Notes: generated by a model from the sequence alone, not told the origin. Shown: positions 38,044 to 48,862, numbered from the stretch's first letter. The stretch: 59,763 nucleotides of DNA from Candidatus Komeilibacteria bacterium (GCA_026396575.1 JAPLWM010000005.1:1-59763), one strand, 5' to 3'. A program made the numbers and translations.

Positions 38044-39411
38044 ATGGAATTCCGTAAATCCCAATTGGTATTTTACAGTTGCTTGGCTTTTGTTTTAGGC
38101 GTGGCCGTTGCTTCGTTTTTTTACATCCCTTGGCTGATTGTTTATTTTATCGTTTTGGCCGGCATTAATTTGCTTATTTTCGGCCGATCGAAATCATTAT
38201 TGCTGCTTTCAGCTTTTTGTTTATTATTTTTCGCTTTCGGCCTGGCTCGCTATCAATTGTCTTTACCTATTATTGATAAAAATCATTTGATATTTTACAA
38301 CGGCCAACAAATCACTTTCCAGGGCATCGTCTCTGATGAACCGGATATTAGAGTTGATCACGTTAAATTAAAAATCAAAGGCCTAAACTTAAAAGGCAAT
38401 GTTTTGGTTAAAGCGGCATTAATTCCCCAATATAATTATGGCGACGTTTTGGAAATCAAATGTTTGTTAAACCGGCCGGAGCCGATAGAGGATTTTGAAT
38501 ACGATAAATATCTGGCCAAGTCGGATATTTATTCCACCTGTTATAACGGCCAAATCAAGTTAGTGGCTGCCGGCCGCGGCGGTTTGCTTAAAACCGCGAT
38601 TTTTAAAATTAAAAACAAAATGGTGGCAATCGCCGGGCAAATCTTGCCCGAGCCCCAAAGTTCTTTTTTAGGCGGTTTGCTCTGGGGCGCTAAAAAGGGC
38701 ATGCCCCAGGAGATTTTGGACAATTTTAACCGCACCGGCGTTACCCATATTATCGCGGTTTCCGGCTATAACATTACCATTATTGCCGCGGCTTTAAGCG
38801 GCTTATTTATCGGTTTGGGCTTAAGCAAAAGGCGCGCTTTTTGGCTGATTGTTTTAGTGATCGCTTTTTTTGTGATTATTACCGGCTGGCCCGCTTCCAT
38901 TATCCGAGCCGGCTTAATGGGCGTTATTTTTTTAATGTCGCAAGTAGTTGGCCGGGCGGCGAAAATGCAAAATACCTTGGCCTTAACCGGCCTGATTATG
39001 CTGTTGATCAATCCCAAGATATTAATTTGGGATGCCGGTTTTCAGCTGTCTTTTGTTTCCACCTTGGGCTTGATTTATTTATCGCCGCATTTGGCCAAGC
39101 GCTTAAATTTTTTGCCTAATTTTTTAGGCCTCAAAGATTCCTTAAGCACAACTTTAAGCGCCATTATTTTCACCAGCCCTTTAATTTTGTGGCAGTTTGG
39201 CCGGTTTTCCGTAGTGGCGCCGCTGACCAATTTATTGATTTTGCCGGTTATTCCCTTGGTTATGTTTTTGGGTTTTATCTCCGTGATTTTAGGTTTAATT
39301 TATTTGCCAATTGGCCAAATTATGGCTTGGCCGACCTGGCTGGTTTTAACCTATATTTTAAAAGCTATCGGCATTTTGGCCGGTTGGCGTTGGTCGGCGA
39401 TTTCTTTGTGA
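38044..39411 (+). CDS. comEC: ComEC/Rec2 competence channel (DUF4131 + Competence domain)
   Basis: GVTHIIAVSGYN, SIIRAGLM, GFQLSF. Confidence 0.93.
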   Translation: MEFRKSQLVFYSCLAFVLGVAVASFFYIPWLIVYFIVLAGINLLIFGRSKSLLLLSAFCLLFFAFGLARYQLSLPIIDKNHLIFYNGQQITFQGIVSDEPDIRVDHVKLKIKGLNLKGNVLVKAALIPQYNYGDVLEIKCLLNRPEPIEDFEYDKYLAKSDIYSTCYNGQIKLVAAGRGGLLKTAIFKIKNKMVAIAGQILPEPQSSFLGGLLWGAKKGMPQEILDNFNRTGVTHIIAVSGYNITIIAAALSGLFIGLGLSKRRAFWLIVLVIAFFVIITGWPASIIRAGLMGVIFLMSQVVGRAAKMQNTLALTGLIMLLINPKILIWDAGFQLSFVSTLGLIYLSPHLAKRLNFLPNFLGLKDSLSTTLSAIIFTSPLILWQFGRFSVVAPLTNLLILPVIPLVMFLGFISVILGLIYLPIGQIMAWPTWLVLTYILKAIGILAGWRWSAISL

Positions 39412-39413
39412 AG

Positions 39414-40322
39414 ATGAAAAAAAGTTTTAAAATTTTAATCGGCAGCTTGGTAGTGATTGCGGTTTTATTCGGTTTGGTTTGGCATACCGGTTCGGATCAA
39501 AACCTGGAAGTTTATTTTTTCAATGTCGGCCAGGGCGACGGCATTTTAATTAGAACGCCGAGCCAGCAGAATATTATTATTGACGGCGGGCCGGACAATG
39601 CTTTTATCACCAAGCTGGGCCAGGCCCTGCCGTTTTACGATCAGCAGATCGACTTGATGGTTTTAACCCATCCGCACGCCGACCATTTGTTCGGCTTAAT
39701 CGAGGTTTTAAAAAGGTATCGGGTTAAGCGGGTTCTTTATTCCGGCGTGGTTTTTAACAATAGCGCTTACGACGAGTGGTTAAAACAGATCAAGCAAAAA
39801 CAGATTCCCCTTGTTTTCGCTCGGGCCGGGCAGGATTATCGGTTCGGCCAAGTTGAATTAAAAGTTTTGTTTCCCATTAAAAGTGAGGCCGGCCAAGTTA
39901 TCAAGGAAACCGCCGGCGAGGGGTCGGTTGCCGGCCAGGAAAATTTGAATAACACCTCGGTAGTTACTCAACTGATTTATGGCCAGACCAAAATATTGTT
40001 TATGGGCGATCTGGAAGCGCCCGGAGAAGAGGAAATTTTAAAATCCAATCCAGCCGGTTTGGCCAGCCAGGTTATTAAAATCGGCCATCACGGCAGCGCC
40101 ACTGCCAGCAGCCAGCGGTTTTTAGCCCAAGTTAAGCCGCAAGACGCCGTTATTCAGGTAGGCCTGGATAATAAATTCAATTTGCCCAATGCGTGGGTCT
40201 TAGGCCGGCTCAAGCGGCTAAAAATAGGCATTTGGCGCACGGATCTATTGGGGGACATTAAGCTGTTTGCCGACGGTTTTAAGCTTAAGCTGGGCCCTGT
40301 TTTTAAACAGAGTTCGCCTTGA
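39414..40322 (+). CDS. ComEC-type metallo-beta-lactamase domain protein
   Basis: NVGQGD, LTHPHADH, GDLE, KIGHHGS; true start ATG 39414. Confidence 0.9.
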   Translation: MKKSFKILIGSLVVIAVLFGLVWHTGSDQNLEVYFFNVGQGDGILIRTPSQQNIIIDGGPDNAFITKLGQALPFYDQQIDLMVLTHPHADHLFGLIEVLKRYRVKRVLYSGVVFNNSAYDEWLKQIKQKQIPLVFARAGQDYRFGQVELKVLFPIKSEAGQVIKETAGEGSVAGQENLNNTSVVTQLIYGQTKILFMGDLEAPGEEEILKSNPAGLASQVIKIGHHGSATASSQRFLAQVKPQDAVIQVGLDNKFNLPNAWVLGRLKRLKIGIWRTDLLGDIKLFADGFKLKLGPVFKQSSP

Positions 40323-40401
40323 TTTTTTAGGTGATTTTGTTATACTAGGAGTGCCTTGAAGAATCCTCAAGGTTTGATAATTTAATTAAAAATAAATAGC
40401 T

Positions 40402-40779
40402 ATGCCCGAAAAACAATACAATGTGCTTCTTATCGAAGACGAAGAAATGCTCGCCAATATGTACGAGACCAAGTTTAAAAACGAGGGCTATCAGATCAGG
40501 AAAGCTCTGGACGGCGAAACCGGCTTAAAAATGGCGCAAGAGGCCAAGCCCGATATTATTTTATTGGATATCATTATGCCCAAGCTGGACGGTTTTTCGG
40601 TTTTAAAAAGGCTTAAAGCCGACAGCAAATTGAAAAACGTGCCAGTCATTTTATTAACCAACCTGGGCCAGGATGAGGATGTTAAAAAGGGCCAGACCTT
40701 GGGCGTGGCCGGTTATTTGGTTAAAGCCAACCTGACGCCGATTGAAGTGGTTAATAAGGTCAAGGAACTCCTTAAATAA
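40402..40779 (+). CDS. Stand-alone response regulator receiver
   Basis: IEDE, LLDIIMPKLDG, conserved T and K. Confidence 0.92.
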   Translation: MPEKQYNVLLIEDEEMLANMYETKFKNEGYQIRKALDGETGLKMAQEAKPDIILLDIIMPKLDGFSVLKRLKADSKLKNVPVILLTNLGQDEDVKKGQTLGVAGYLVKANLTPIEVVNKVKELLK

Positions 40780-40797
40780 TTTTTAATTTTTAAATTT

Positions 40798-41265
40798 ATG
40801 GAAAGAACTTTAATTATCATCAAGCCGGACGCTTTACAAAGAAGTTTGGTGGGTGAAATTATCGGCCGCTTTGAAAAAAAGGGTTTAAAAATCGCGGGCC
40901 TGAAAATGATGGAACTGGATGATTTAAAATTGGAAGAGCATTACGCCCATCATAAGGATAAGCCGTTTTTCGGCAACTTGAAAAAATTCATGACCAGTTC
41001 GCCGGTTTTGTTAATGGCCTTGGAAGGCGCGGACGTGATCAAGGCCGTCCGCATTATCGTCGGTTCTACTAGGCCGATTGAAGCTGATAGCGGCACCATT
41101 CGGGGCGATTTGGCCATGACCAACTGGAACTTAGTCCATGCTTCGGATTCCTTGGAAACCGCGGCAGCGGAAATCAAGCGCTTTTTTGCCGAAGACGAAT
41201 TATTCAATTACAACAAAGTCGGCTGGGAAATGGTTTACGAGGAGGAATTTAACAAAGAGCTTTAA
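40798..41265 (+). CDS. ndk: Nucleoside diphosphate kinase
   Basis: ERTLIIIKPD, GTIRGD, NLVHASDS. Confidence 0.95.
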   Translation: MERTLIIIKPDALQRSLVGEIIGRFEKKGLKIAGLKMMELDDLKLEEHYAHHKDKPFFGNLKKFMTSSPVLLMALEGADVIKAVRIIVGSTRPIEADSGTIRGDLAMTNWNLVHASDSLETAAAEIKRFFAEDELFNYNKVGWEMVYEEEFNKEL

Positions 41266-41268
41266 TTT

Positions 41269-41904
41269 ATGAAGCTAAGTTTTTTTTTACCAAAGCAGCC
41301 GATTTTTTTTGATTTATTTATCGGCCAAACCAGGGAAATCTTGGAGATTGCCCAGTTGCTCCAGGATTTAACCAAGCTTAATCATACCGGCGAGTTGCCG
41401 GCTTTTTCGGTTAAAGCCAAAAATATCGAGCATCAGGCCGACGACCTTACCCACGAAGTTATTAAGCGTTTAAACCTTACTTTTATTACGCCCATCGATC
41501 GGGAGGATATTTACGATTTGGCCGTGGAACTGGACGATATCGTGGATAAGCTGGAAAACGTTATCCATAATATCGAAATTTACCAGGTTAAGCCGCAGGA
41601 AAAATTTTTAGCGGAATTTTCCGCCATTATATTGCCGGCCGCCCAAAAATTGGGGCATTTAATGGAATCGTTAAAGCTGCAGCAATATTCTGAACTTTTT
41701 ATAAAAACGGTCAGGGATATTCATGATTTGGAAGATCAGGGCGACGAGCTGTTTTTAAATACTTTAAGCCATTTGTTCAGTAATGGCGCTGATGCCATTT
41801 CCATTATTAAGTTAAAGGATATTGCCGAGGATTTGGAAAGAGTGGTGGATAAGTTCCAATCGGCCAGCAATACCGTTGAAAATATTTTAGTTAAATCACA
41901 ATAA
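41269..41904 (+). CDS. DUF47/PhoU-like phosphate transport regulator
   Basis: IEHQADD, TFITPIDREDI, LEDQGD; upstream of pit. Confidence 0.9.
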   Translation: MKLSFFLPKQPIFFDLFIGQTREILEIAQLLQDLTKLNHTGELPAFSVKAKNIEHQADDLTHEVIKRLNLTFITPIDREDIYDLAVELDDIVDKLENVIHNIEIYQVKPQEKFLAEFSAIILPAAQKLGHLMESLKLQQYSELFIKTVRDIHDLEDQGDELFLNTLSHLFSNGADAISIIKLKDIAEDLERVVDKFQSASNTVENILVKSQ

Positions 41905-41938
41905 AATTGATTGCGGTTAAAATAGGGCGCGTCAGTTT

Positions 41939-42937
41939 ATGTTTGATCAAAGCTTAATTTTCATCATCTTCATTATTGCCATTGCCCTGCTTTTTGATTT
42001 TACCAACGGCATCCACGATGCCGCCAATTCCATTGCCACCATTGTTTCCACCAGAGTTTTAACGCCGCGCCAGGCCGTGGCCTGGGCGGCTTTTTTTAAT
42101 TTCGTGGCTTTCTTGATTTTTGGCACGGGCGTGGCCGCTACCGTGGGCAAGGGTTTGGTTGATATTAAGATTGTTACCCCGACCGTTATTTTAGCCGCCT
42201 TAATCGGGGCAATTGCCTGGAATTTAATTACTTGGTGGCTGGGCTTGCCGGTTAGCTCTTCCCACGGCTTAATCGGCGGCTATGCCGGCGCCGCCATGGC
42301 CAAAGCCGGCTTTGGGGTTTTAATTTTAAGCGGCTGGTATAAAATTATTTTGTTTATATTTTTAGCGCCCTTGATCGGCTTAATTTTAGGCATGCTCTTT
42401 TTTATCGCGGCCAATTGGCTGGTTTATAAAAAAGCCCCGGCTGCGGTTAGCCGGCTGTTCCGGCATTTGCAGATCGTTTCCGCCGCTTTATACAGTTTGG
42501 GCCATGGCGGCAATGATGCCCAAAAAACCATGGGCATTATCGTGTCTTTGCTTTTTTCCGCCGGGTTGGTTTCCAGTTTTCATGTGCCATTATGGGTGGT
42601 GTTAAGCGCTCAAGCGGCCATTGCCTTAGGCACATTATTAGGCGGTTGGCGGATCGTTAAAACCATGGGCCAACAAATTACCAAACTTAGAACTATTGAT
42701 GGCTGTTGCGCCGAAACGGCCAGCGCCATCAGCATTTTTTTTGCCACCAGCTTGGGCGTGCCGGTTAGCACTACTCATGTAATTACCGGAGCCATTTCCG
42801 GCGTGGGCGCGGCCAAAAAGTTTTCAGCCGTTAGATGGGACATGGCCTTAAAAATCGTTTGGGCCTGGGTGTTAACCATTCCCGCTGCCGCTTTAATTGC
42901 CGCTTTGCTTTTTAAATTGTTAAAACTTTTTATTTAA
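41939..42937 (+). CDS. pit: Inorganic phosphate transporter (PiT family)
   Basis: GIHDAANSIAT, PVSSSH, HGGNDAQKTMG, PVSTTH. Confidence 0.93.
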   Translation: MFDQSLIFIIFIIAIALLFDFTNGIHDAANSIATIVSTRVLTPRQAVAWAAFFNFVAFLIFGTGVAATVGKGLVDIKIVTPTVILAALIGAIAWNLITWWLGLPVSSSHGLIGGYAGAAMAKAGFGVLILSGWYKIILFIFLAPLIGLILGMLFFIAANWLVYKKAPAAVSRLFRHLQIVSAALYSLGHGGNDAQKTMGIIVSLLFSAGLVSSFHVPLWVVLSAQAAIALGTLLGGWRIVKTMGQQITKLRTIDGCCAETASAISIFFATSLGVPVSTTHVITGAISGVGAAKKFSAVRWDMALKIVWAWVLTIPAAALIAALLFKLLKLFI

Positions 42938-42946
42938 ATTTATACT

Positions 42947-42985
42947 AAAGCCGCTCTCATTATTATTTTGAGAACGGCTCTTTTT
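42947..42985. terminator. Probable bidirectional terminator
   Basis: aaagccgctctca..tgagaacggctctttt between convergent genes. Confidence 0.6.
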
Positions 42986-42996
42986 AATTTTATTTT

Positions 42997-43605
42997 TTAA
43001 GCGGCTAGCGGCAAATCTTCGGGTTCACCCTGATCTACCGGTGCAGCGGCTGGCTCGCTAGGATTTTTGTAATTTCCAATATTGCTTTGAGGTGCGGAAT
43101 TTATCGGTGCCGCCTTGGTTATTGGTAAAGGTTCAGCGGTTAAAGGCGAAGGCGTAAATTCCAAATAACGCGGCTCGGTTAATGGTTCCGGGGGTTTAGC
43201 AAACTTTGCAGCTTCAGTTTCTCTTTCTTTAGCCATGACTTCCTGCCGCCGGCGGATCATTAAATTTTGTCTTAAAATTCCTTCTTTAATTTTTTCCTGC
43301 TTGCTTTCTCGGTTATCGGCTTGGTGTTTAATAAAACGGTTTACTTCGCCGGCCACGTCCGGAACATTTTTTAAAAGTTTGTTCGTTTTAAGGCCGCGCA
43401 GCACGGCAATGGTTTTTTCTTTGGATAATTTGGCCGTGCCGGATCTTAAACCTTCGGCGATTTTTTTGGCTTGAACTTCTCCAATGCCAGGAGTTTTCCT
43501 TAAAGTTTCTTCAACTTTTTTTTTAAATTCAAGAGTGCTCAAGCCGGTTTGCTTGGACCGTTTGGCAATGCCGCCGACCAATTCTTTTAAGGATATTTCG
43601 GACAT
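42997..43605 (-). CDS. Hypothetical protein (basic helical N-terminus, Pro-rich tail)
   Basis: 202-aa ATG ORF, no recognised motif. Confidence 0.65.
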   Translation of the reverse strand: MSEISLKELVGGIAKRSKQTGLSTLEFKKKVEETLRKTPGIGEVQAKKIAEGLRSGTAKLSKEKTIAVLRGLKTNKLLKNVPDVAGEVNRFIKHQADNRESKQEKIKEGILRQNLMIRRRQEVMAKERETEAAKFAKPPEPLTEPRYLEFTPSPLTAEPLPITKAAPINSAPQSNIGNYKNPSEPAAAPVDQGEPEDLPLAA

Positions 43606-43796
43606 ATCGGTATTTTACCATAATATTCAAGCTTTGCCCAGTTTATGCTATACTTAAATGGCCTTACTAAATAGGCAGATTGGAGCTCTACTTTTATGCC
43701 CGCGCCACGGTAGGGCTTTTGTATTTTGTAACAAAATCGCTGTTTTTCCGTCTTATTATATAGAGGGTCATGGCGTTTAGGCCATTTTTTACTTTT

Positions 43797-45566
43797 ATGA
43801 ATAAGAATTTCACTAAAGAGACATTTAAAATTTTTTGGCAACACGCCAAAAAATACCGCTGGCTTGGGCCGATTATGTTTTTTTCGGTTGTTTTCGCCTC
43901 AATCGCCAATATTATGACCCCGCTTTTTTACAAGCAATTTTTTGATATTTTAGCGGGGCCGGGGGATGTTTTTTCCCGAGAGCCGGTTTTAATCGGACTC
44001 TTGGTTAAAATATTGATTATTTACGCCATCGGCTGGGTATTTTGGCGCGGCAGCAGTTTTGCCATTGCTTATTTTGAAAATAAAGTGATGGTTGATTTGA
44101 ATAATTCCTGCTTTGCTTACCTGCACCGGCATTCAATTTCTTTTTTTAACAATACTTTTGTCGGCTCGTTGGTTAAAAAAGTCAATCGTTTCGGCCGCGC
44201 CTTTGAAGGCATCGCCGATATTTTTATTTTTGAATTTCTGCCGGTTTTTGTTGATTTGTTTTTTGTCATCTGGATTTTGTCCTTAAGAAATTTAACCTAC
44301 GGCCTTATCATTGCCGCCTGGGCGGTTGTTTATCTGCTGATTAATTATTATTTCAGTTTGTATAAATTGAAATATGATTTTAAGCGGAGCGAAGCCGATT
44401 CCCGTTCAACCGCCGTTTTAGCCGATAGCATTACCAATCATCAAAATATCAAATTATTCAACGGCTATGAGCGGGAGATCGGTTTTTTTAAGTCGGTGAA
44501 TTTGGAACTTAAAAAAATCCGCCAGTTTTGCTGGAATTTAGGCAATATTTTTGAAGCGCTGCAGTCGGTTTTGATGATTTTTTTGGAAATCGGCATTTTT
44601 TATTTCGCCCTTAAGCTGTGGCAAAAGGGTTTGGCCACCATTGGAGATTTTGTTTTGATCCAATCCTATATTTTGACTGTTTTCAACCGTTTGTGGAATT
44701 TCGGCAAGGTAATCAGGCACTATTACGAGCATTTGGCCGATGCCAACGAAATGACGGAAATTTTGCAAACGCCCCACGAAATTCAAGATGTAAAAAACGC
44801 TATGCCTTTAACGGTTTCCGCCGGGGGTATTGAATTTAAAAAAGTTACTTTCAGCTATAATCAAACCCGGCGGGTAATTAAAGATTTAAATTTAATTATC
44901 AAGCCCAAGGAAAAAGTGGGTTTGATTGGCCCGTCCGGCGCCGGCAAATCTACCATTGTTAATTTATTGCTTAGAAGCTACGATTTGGAATATGGCAAAA
45001 TTTTAATCGACGGCCAAAAAGTTTCAGCCGTAGCCAGGGAAAGCTTATGGCAGAATATCAGCTTAATGCCGCAGGATCCCATTTTATTCCACCGCTCTTT
45101 AATGGAAAATATCCGCTATGGCAAGCCGGAAGTAACCGCTGAACAAGTTATAGCAGCGGCCAAGTTGGCCAATGCCCATGAGTTCATTGTTAATTTTAAC
45201 GAGGGTTATGACACTTTCGTGGGCGAGCGGGGCGTAAAGCTGTCCGGCGGCGAGCGCCAGCGCGTGGCTATTGCCCGGGCGATTTTAAAGAACGCGCCGA
45301 TTTTACTGATGGATGAAGCAACAAGCAGTTTGGACAGTGAATCGGAGTATTTAATCCAGCAGGCCCTAAGCGTTTTAATGGCAGAAAAAACAGTGATTGC
45401 CATTGCCCATCGTTTATCTACCATTATGAAAATGGACCGGATTATTGTTTTGGATAACGGCCAAATTGTGGAGCAGGGGACTCACGCCCAGCTGTTAAGG
45501 AAAAACGGTTTGTATAAGCAGTTATGGAAACGCCAGGTTGGGGGATTCATTGGCGACGCAGAGTGA
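43797..45566 (+). CDS. ABC exporter, fused permease-ATPase
   Basis: TM domain, GPSGAGKS, LSGGERQR, DEATS; likely start 43797. Confidence 0.93.
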   Translation: MNKNFTKETFKIFWQHAKKYRWLGPIMFFSVVFASIANIMTPLFYKQFFDILAGPGDVFSREPVLIGLLVKILIIYAIGWVFWRGSSFAIAYFENKVMVDLNNSCFAYLHRHSISFFNNTFVGSLVKKVNRFGRAFEGIADIFIFEFLPVFVDLFFVIWILSLRNLTYGLIIAAWAVVYLLINYYFSLYKLKYDFKRSEADSRSTAVLADSITNHQNIKLFNGYEREIGFFKSVNLELKKIRQFCWNLGNIFEALQSVLMIFLEIGIFYFALKLWQKGLATIGDFVLIQSYILTVFNRLWNFGKVIRHYYEHLADANEMTEILQTPHEIQDVKNAMPLTVSAGGIEFKKVTFSYNQTRRVIKDLNLIIKPKEKVGLIGPSGAGKSTIVNLLLRSYDLEYGKILIDGQKVSAVARESLWQNISLMPQDPILFHRSLMENIRYGKPEVTAEQVIAAAKLANAHEFIVNFNEGYDTFVGERGVKLSGGERQRVAIARAILKNAPILLMDEATSSLDSESEYLIQQALSVLMAEKTVIAIAHRLSTIMKMDRIIVLDNGQIVEQGTHAQLLRKNGLYKQLWKRQVGGFIGDAE

Positions 45567-45694
45567 GTGGAATAGAAAAGCGAAGCTTTTATATTTCCTA
45601 ACCGAGGAGCCGATATACGCTTATTTTCAAAAATCGCCAAAAGAGGCGATTTTTGGTATAATTATAGCTGATGTTTTAACAGCCGATCGGTATT

Positions 45695-47554
45695 ATGATG
45701 GAAAAATTTTTTAATTATTTTGACAGGGGTTTGCTGGTAATTTTACTGATTCCTTTAATAATTTTTAATTTTCCTATTTTTCCAAAATCATTGAGTGAAA
45801 TTATTTTTATTGCCGCTTCAATTATCGGCACAATTCCAGTATTAATCAGCGGCATAAAATCCATTAAAGGCAAGCGGATTTCCGTTGATTTGCTGGCCAG
45901 CGTTGCTTTAATCGCCTCCATGGTGGCGCAAGAATGGACTTCAGCCGCCTTCATTAACTTAATGCTTACTTCGGCCAGGATTTTTGGCAATTACACCAAG
46001 AATAAAGCGCGCTCATCAATAGAAAGTTTGCTAAAATTGCGCCCTAAAACCGCTAAGGTAAAAAGAGGCAATAATATTTTGGAAATACCGATTGAGCAGA
46101 TAAAAGTTGATGATTTGATCGTGGTGGAATCAGGGGAAAGATTATCGGTTGATGGCACGGTTATTCAAGGCGAAGCAGCGATTAACCAGGCTTCTTTAAC
46201 CGGCGAATCAGTGCCGGTAAATAAAAAAGCCGGGGATCAGGTTTTTAGCTCTACTTTAAACGAATCAGGTTCGCTGGTTGTTAAAGCGGAAAAAGTCGGC
46301 AAAGACACGACTTTGGAAAAAATCGTGCAGCTGGTGGAAGAATCGCAAAAAGGCAAGCCTAAAATCCGTTCCATTGGCGATGCGTTTGCCAGCCGCTATA
46401 TTGTAATCACCGTGAGCATCGCTATTTTGGTTTATTTGATTACCAATGATTTTAATTTGGTTTTAGCTTTATTGTTAGTTGCCTGCGCCGATGATATTGC
46501 CGTAGCTATCCCCATGGTTTTTTGGGCGGCCATTGGTTATGCGGCGCATCGCGGCGTAATTATTAAAGGCGGAGAATTCTTGGAAGGTTTGGCTCATGTT
46601 AAAACAATTGTTTTTGACAAAACAGGCACGCTCACCCGCGGCAAGCTTAAAGTTCAGCAAGTTCATTTTTATAAAGGATTCACTAAAGAAATTTTATTGC
46701 ATTATGCCGCTTCGGCAGAATGCGTTTCCAATCATCCGATTGCCAAATCCATCATGGAATACGTGGTTAATGAAAAAGTTTCTTATAAAAAGCCGGAAAT
46801 TTTTAAAGAAATTCCAGGTAAAGGCTTGGCCGTGGTTTACGATTCAAAAAAAATATTTTCCGGCCATTTAAGCTTTATTAAGGAGTCAAAAATTAAAATT
46901 ACCGCTGAACAGTCGCGTGAAATTGAAGGAATTGAAGCGCAAGGTTATACGGTAACCATCGTCGGCTGTAATGATAAATTAGTCGGCTATATTGCTTTAG
47001 CTGATGAATTAAGGCATAACAGTTTATTGGTTATGCAGCAGCTTAAACAGGCAGGCGTAGAAAAATTAATCATGCTAACCGGAGATAATAAAAGCGTAGC
47101 CGCGCGAGTGGCTAAGGAATTAGTTTTGGATGAATTCCATGCCGGCTTAATGCCGCAGGATAAATTAAAATACATCAAAGGCGCTCTGCAAAAAGATTCT
47201 AAAATGGCTATGGTGGGGGACGGAGTTAATGACGCTGCCGCCTTATCTCTGGCTGATGTTGGCATTTCCATGGGCGCGATTGGCTCGGACGCTGCCATAG
47301 AAGCGGCTGATATAGCTTTAATGCGCGATGATTTGAGGGAAATCCCGGAAATGGTGCGTTTAAGCCGCTACACGCTAAAAATAGCGCACCAGGATTTTTG
47401 GATTTGGGGCGCAGTTAACGTTATCGGTTTTGCTTTGGTTTTTGGCCATGTAATTGGTCCCGTTGGCGCGGCAGCCTATAATTTTATTACCGACTTTTTG
47501 CCTTTATTGAATTCGGCGCGGCTGTTTAAGCTGCATTTGCAGCTTAAAAAATAA
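45695..47554 (+). CDS. P1B-type heavy-metal ATPase with atypical CADD membrane motif
   Basis: TGES, DKTGTLT, HP, GDGVND; LVACADD where CPx is expected. Confidence 0.9.
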   Translation: MMEKFFNYFDRGLLVILLIPLIIFNFPIFPKSLSEIIFIAASIIGTIPVLISGIKSIKGKRISVDLLASVALIASMVAQEWTSAAFINLMLTSARIFGNYTKNKARSSIESLLKLRPKTAKVKRGNNILEIPIEQIKVDDLIVVESGERLSVDGTVIQGEAAINQASLTGESVPVNKKAGDQVFSSTLNESGSLVVKAEKVGKDTTLEKIVQLVEESQKGKPKIRSIGDAFASRYIVITVSIAILVYLITNDFNLVLALLLVACADDIAVAIPMVFWAAIGYAAHRGVIIKGGEFLEGLAHVKTIVFDKTGTLTRGKLKVQQVHFYKGFTKEILLHYAASAECVSNHPIAKSIMEYVVNEKVSYKKPEIFKEIPGKGLAVVYDSKKIFSGHLSFIKESKIKITAEQSREIEGIEAQGYTVTIVGCNDKLVGYIALADELRHNSLLVMQQLKQAGVEKLIMLTGDNKSVAARVAKELVLDEFHAGLMPQDKLKYIKGALQKDSKMAMVGDGVNDAAALSLADVGISMGAIGSDAAIEAADIALMRDDLREIPEMVRLSRYTLKIAHQDFWIWGAVNVIGFALVFGHVIGPVGAAAYNFITDFLPLLNSARLFKLHLQLKK

Positions 47555-47607
47555 CAGAAAAGAAAAAATAATTTTAAAATATTTAATAATTAATCAATCG
47601 TCAATTT

Positions 47608-48639
47608 ATGAAAAATAAAAACAGCCACATTTTGCAGATTATAAGTTTTTTTGTAATTTTGTCTGTATTCATAATTTTAGCCGTTTTTTTAGCCTTGCCT
47701 TTTTTAAAGCTGTTATTTTTAGCCGTTATTTTAACGATTCTTTTCTTGCCTATGCAAAATTGGCTGGCTAAAAAGTTCAATAACGAATCTTTGGCGGCTT
47801 TGGCGATCATTGCGGCAATTTTAATCGTTATTGTTGTGCCGTTGTATTTTATTGTTCAATCAACAATCGCCAATGCGGTTGATTTTTACGGGCAATATAA
47901 AGAAGGCAATATTAGAATCGATTCTCAATTGTTAATCAACCGTTTGCCGGAAAGATGGCAGGAAAGAGCCTTATATTTAATTGGCGATGTTTCCAGAATA
48001 GCCGGTGAATGGGTAAATAGTTTCAGTTTGGATTTTCAAGCCCTGCTCTCCAATATTGCCGCTTTTCTTTTTTCTTTCTTGCTATTCTTTTTGAGCCTTT
48101 TTTATTTATTAAAGGATCATCATGAAATTAAAAGTTATTTGGAAAAAATATTTCCTTTTTCCACTTCCGATGAAAGTTTATTTATTGATAAAACAACCAA
48201 AGCGGTCAATGGCGTTATTAAAGGTGATTTTATAATTGCTTTAATGCAAGGCACGGCAGCAGCCAGCGGGTTTATTTTGGCCGGATTGCCGCAACCGTTA
48301 TTTTTCGGATTTGTTACGGTTATTTCGTCTTTTATCCCGACCGTTGGAACCAGCTTGGTAATTATCCCGGCAATTATTTATTTATTGCTTTTTAAGTCTT
48401 TACTTTCCGCTTTGCTTTTAGCTATTTGGTATATCTTAATACATCTAACGATAGATAATGTGGTAGCGCCAAAACTGATCGGTTCCAGAACTCATATCCA
48501 TCCGCTGATAATTTTATTCAGCGTGGTCGGCGGCATAAAATTATTCGGCGTTTTCGGCTTTTTATTCGGCCCGATCGCCATGACTATCCTGGTTTCTTTG
48601 GTTGATGTTTACTTGATAAATCAACAGCAAGCTAAATAA
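47608..48639 (+). CDS. AI-2E (PerM) family transporter
   Basis: FIPTVG, DNVVAPKLIG, GFLFGP motifs. Confidence 0.88.
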   Translation: MKNKNSHILQIISFFVILSVFIILAVFLALPFLKLLFLAVILTILFLPMQNWLAKKFNNESLAALAIIAAILIVIVVPLYFIVQSTIANAVDFYGQYKEGNIRIDSQLLINRLPERWQERALYLIGDVSRIAGEWVNSFSLDFQALLSNIAAFLFSFLLFFLSLFYLLKDHHEIKSYLEKIFPFSTSDESLFIDKTTKAVNGVIKGDFIIALMQGTAAASGFILAGLPQPLFFGFVTVISSFIPTVGTSLVIIPAIIYLLLFKSLLSALLLAIWYILIHLTIDNVVAPKLIGSRTHIHPLIILFSVVGGIKLFGVFGFLFGPIAMTILVSLVDVYLINQQQAK

Positions 48640-48673
48640 GTGGCAGGACTCTGAAAAAACGGAAAGTTTAAGG

Positions 48674-48862
48674 TGGTCGTCTCTCCTAGACGAAGCACGA
48701 ACCTTTTTTACAGAAAACAGCTAGCTGTTTTCTGATTTTTTAGGGCGGGGCGGAAGGGGGGTCTGGGGGGAATTCCGCCCTGCCCTCGCTTCCCGCCGGC
48801 CTTTGGCCGGCATTTTATCCGCCTATCGGCGGGCTTTCTTTTCGCCGCCGCAATTTGGCCGT
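48674..48862 (+). repeat. Island left end (attL arm); inverted copy at 57412-57600
   Basis: 189 bp, 1 mismatch seen (48781); GC-rich hairpins, palindrome cagaaaacagctagctgttttctg. Confidence 0.92.

Noticed and set aside
39189-39413. N-terminal extension of the MBL ORF, or a frameshifted comEC fusion
   Set aside because: Overlaps comEC in another frame. A clean ATG with a signal/TM segment lies at 39414, so this is an ordinary two-gene arrangement.
48640-48652. gtggcaggactc as the displaced 3' half of the broken tRNA-Pro
   Set aside because: Only about 12 nt resemble a T-arm/acceptor, and the CCCGACCA end is absent; too short to support.
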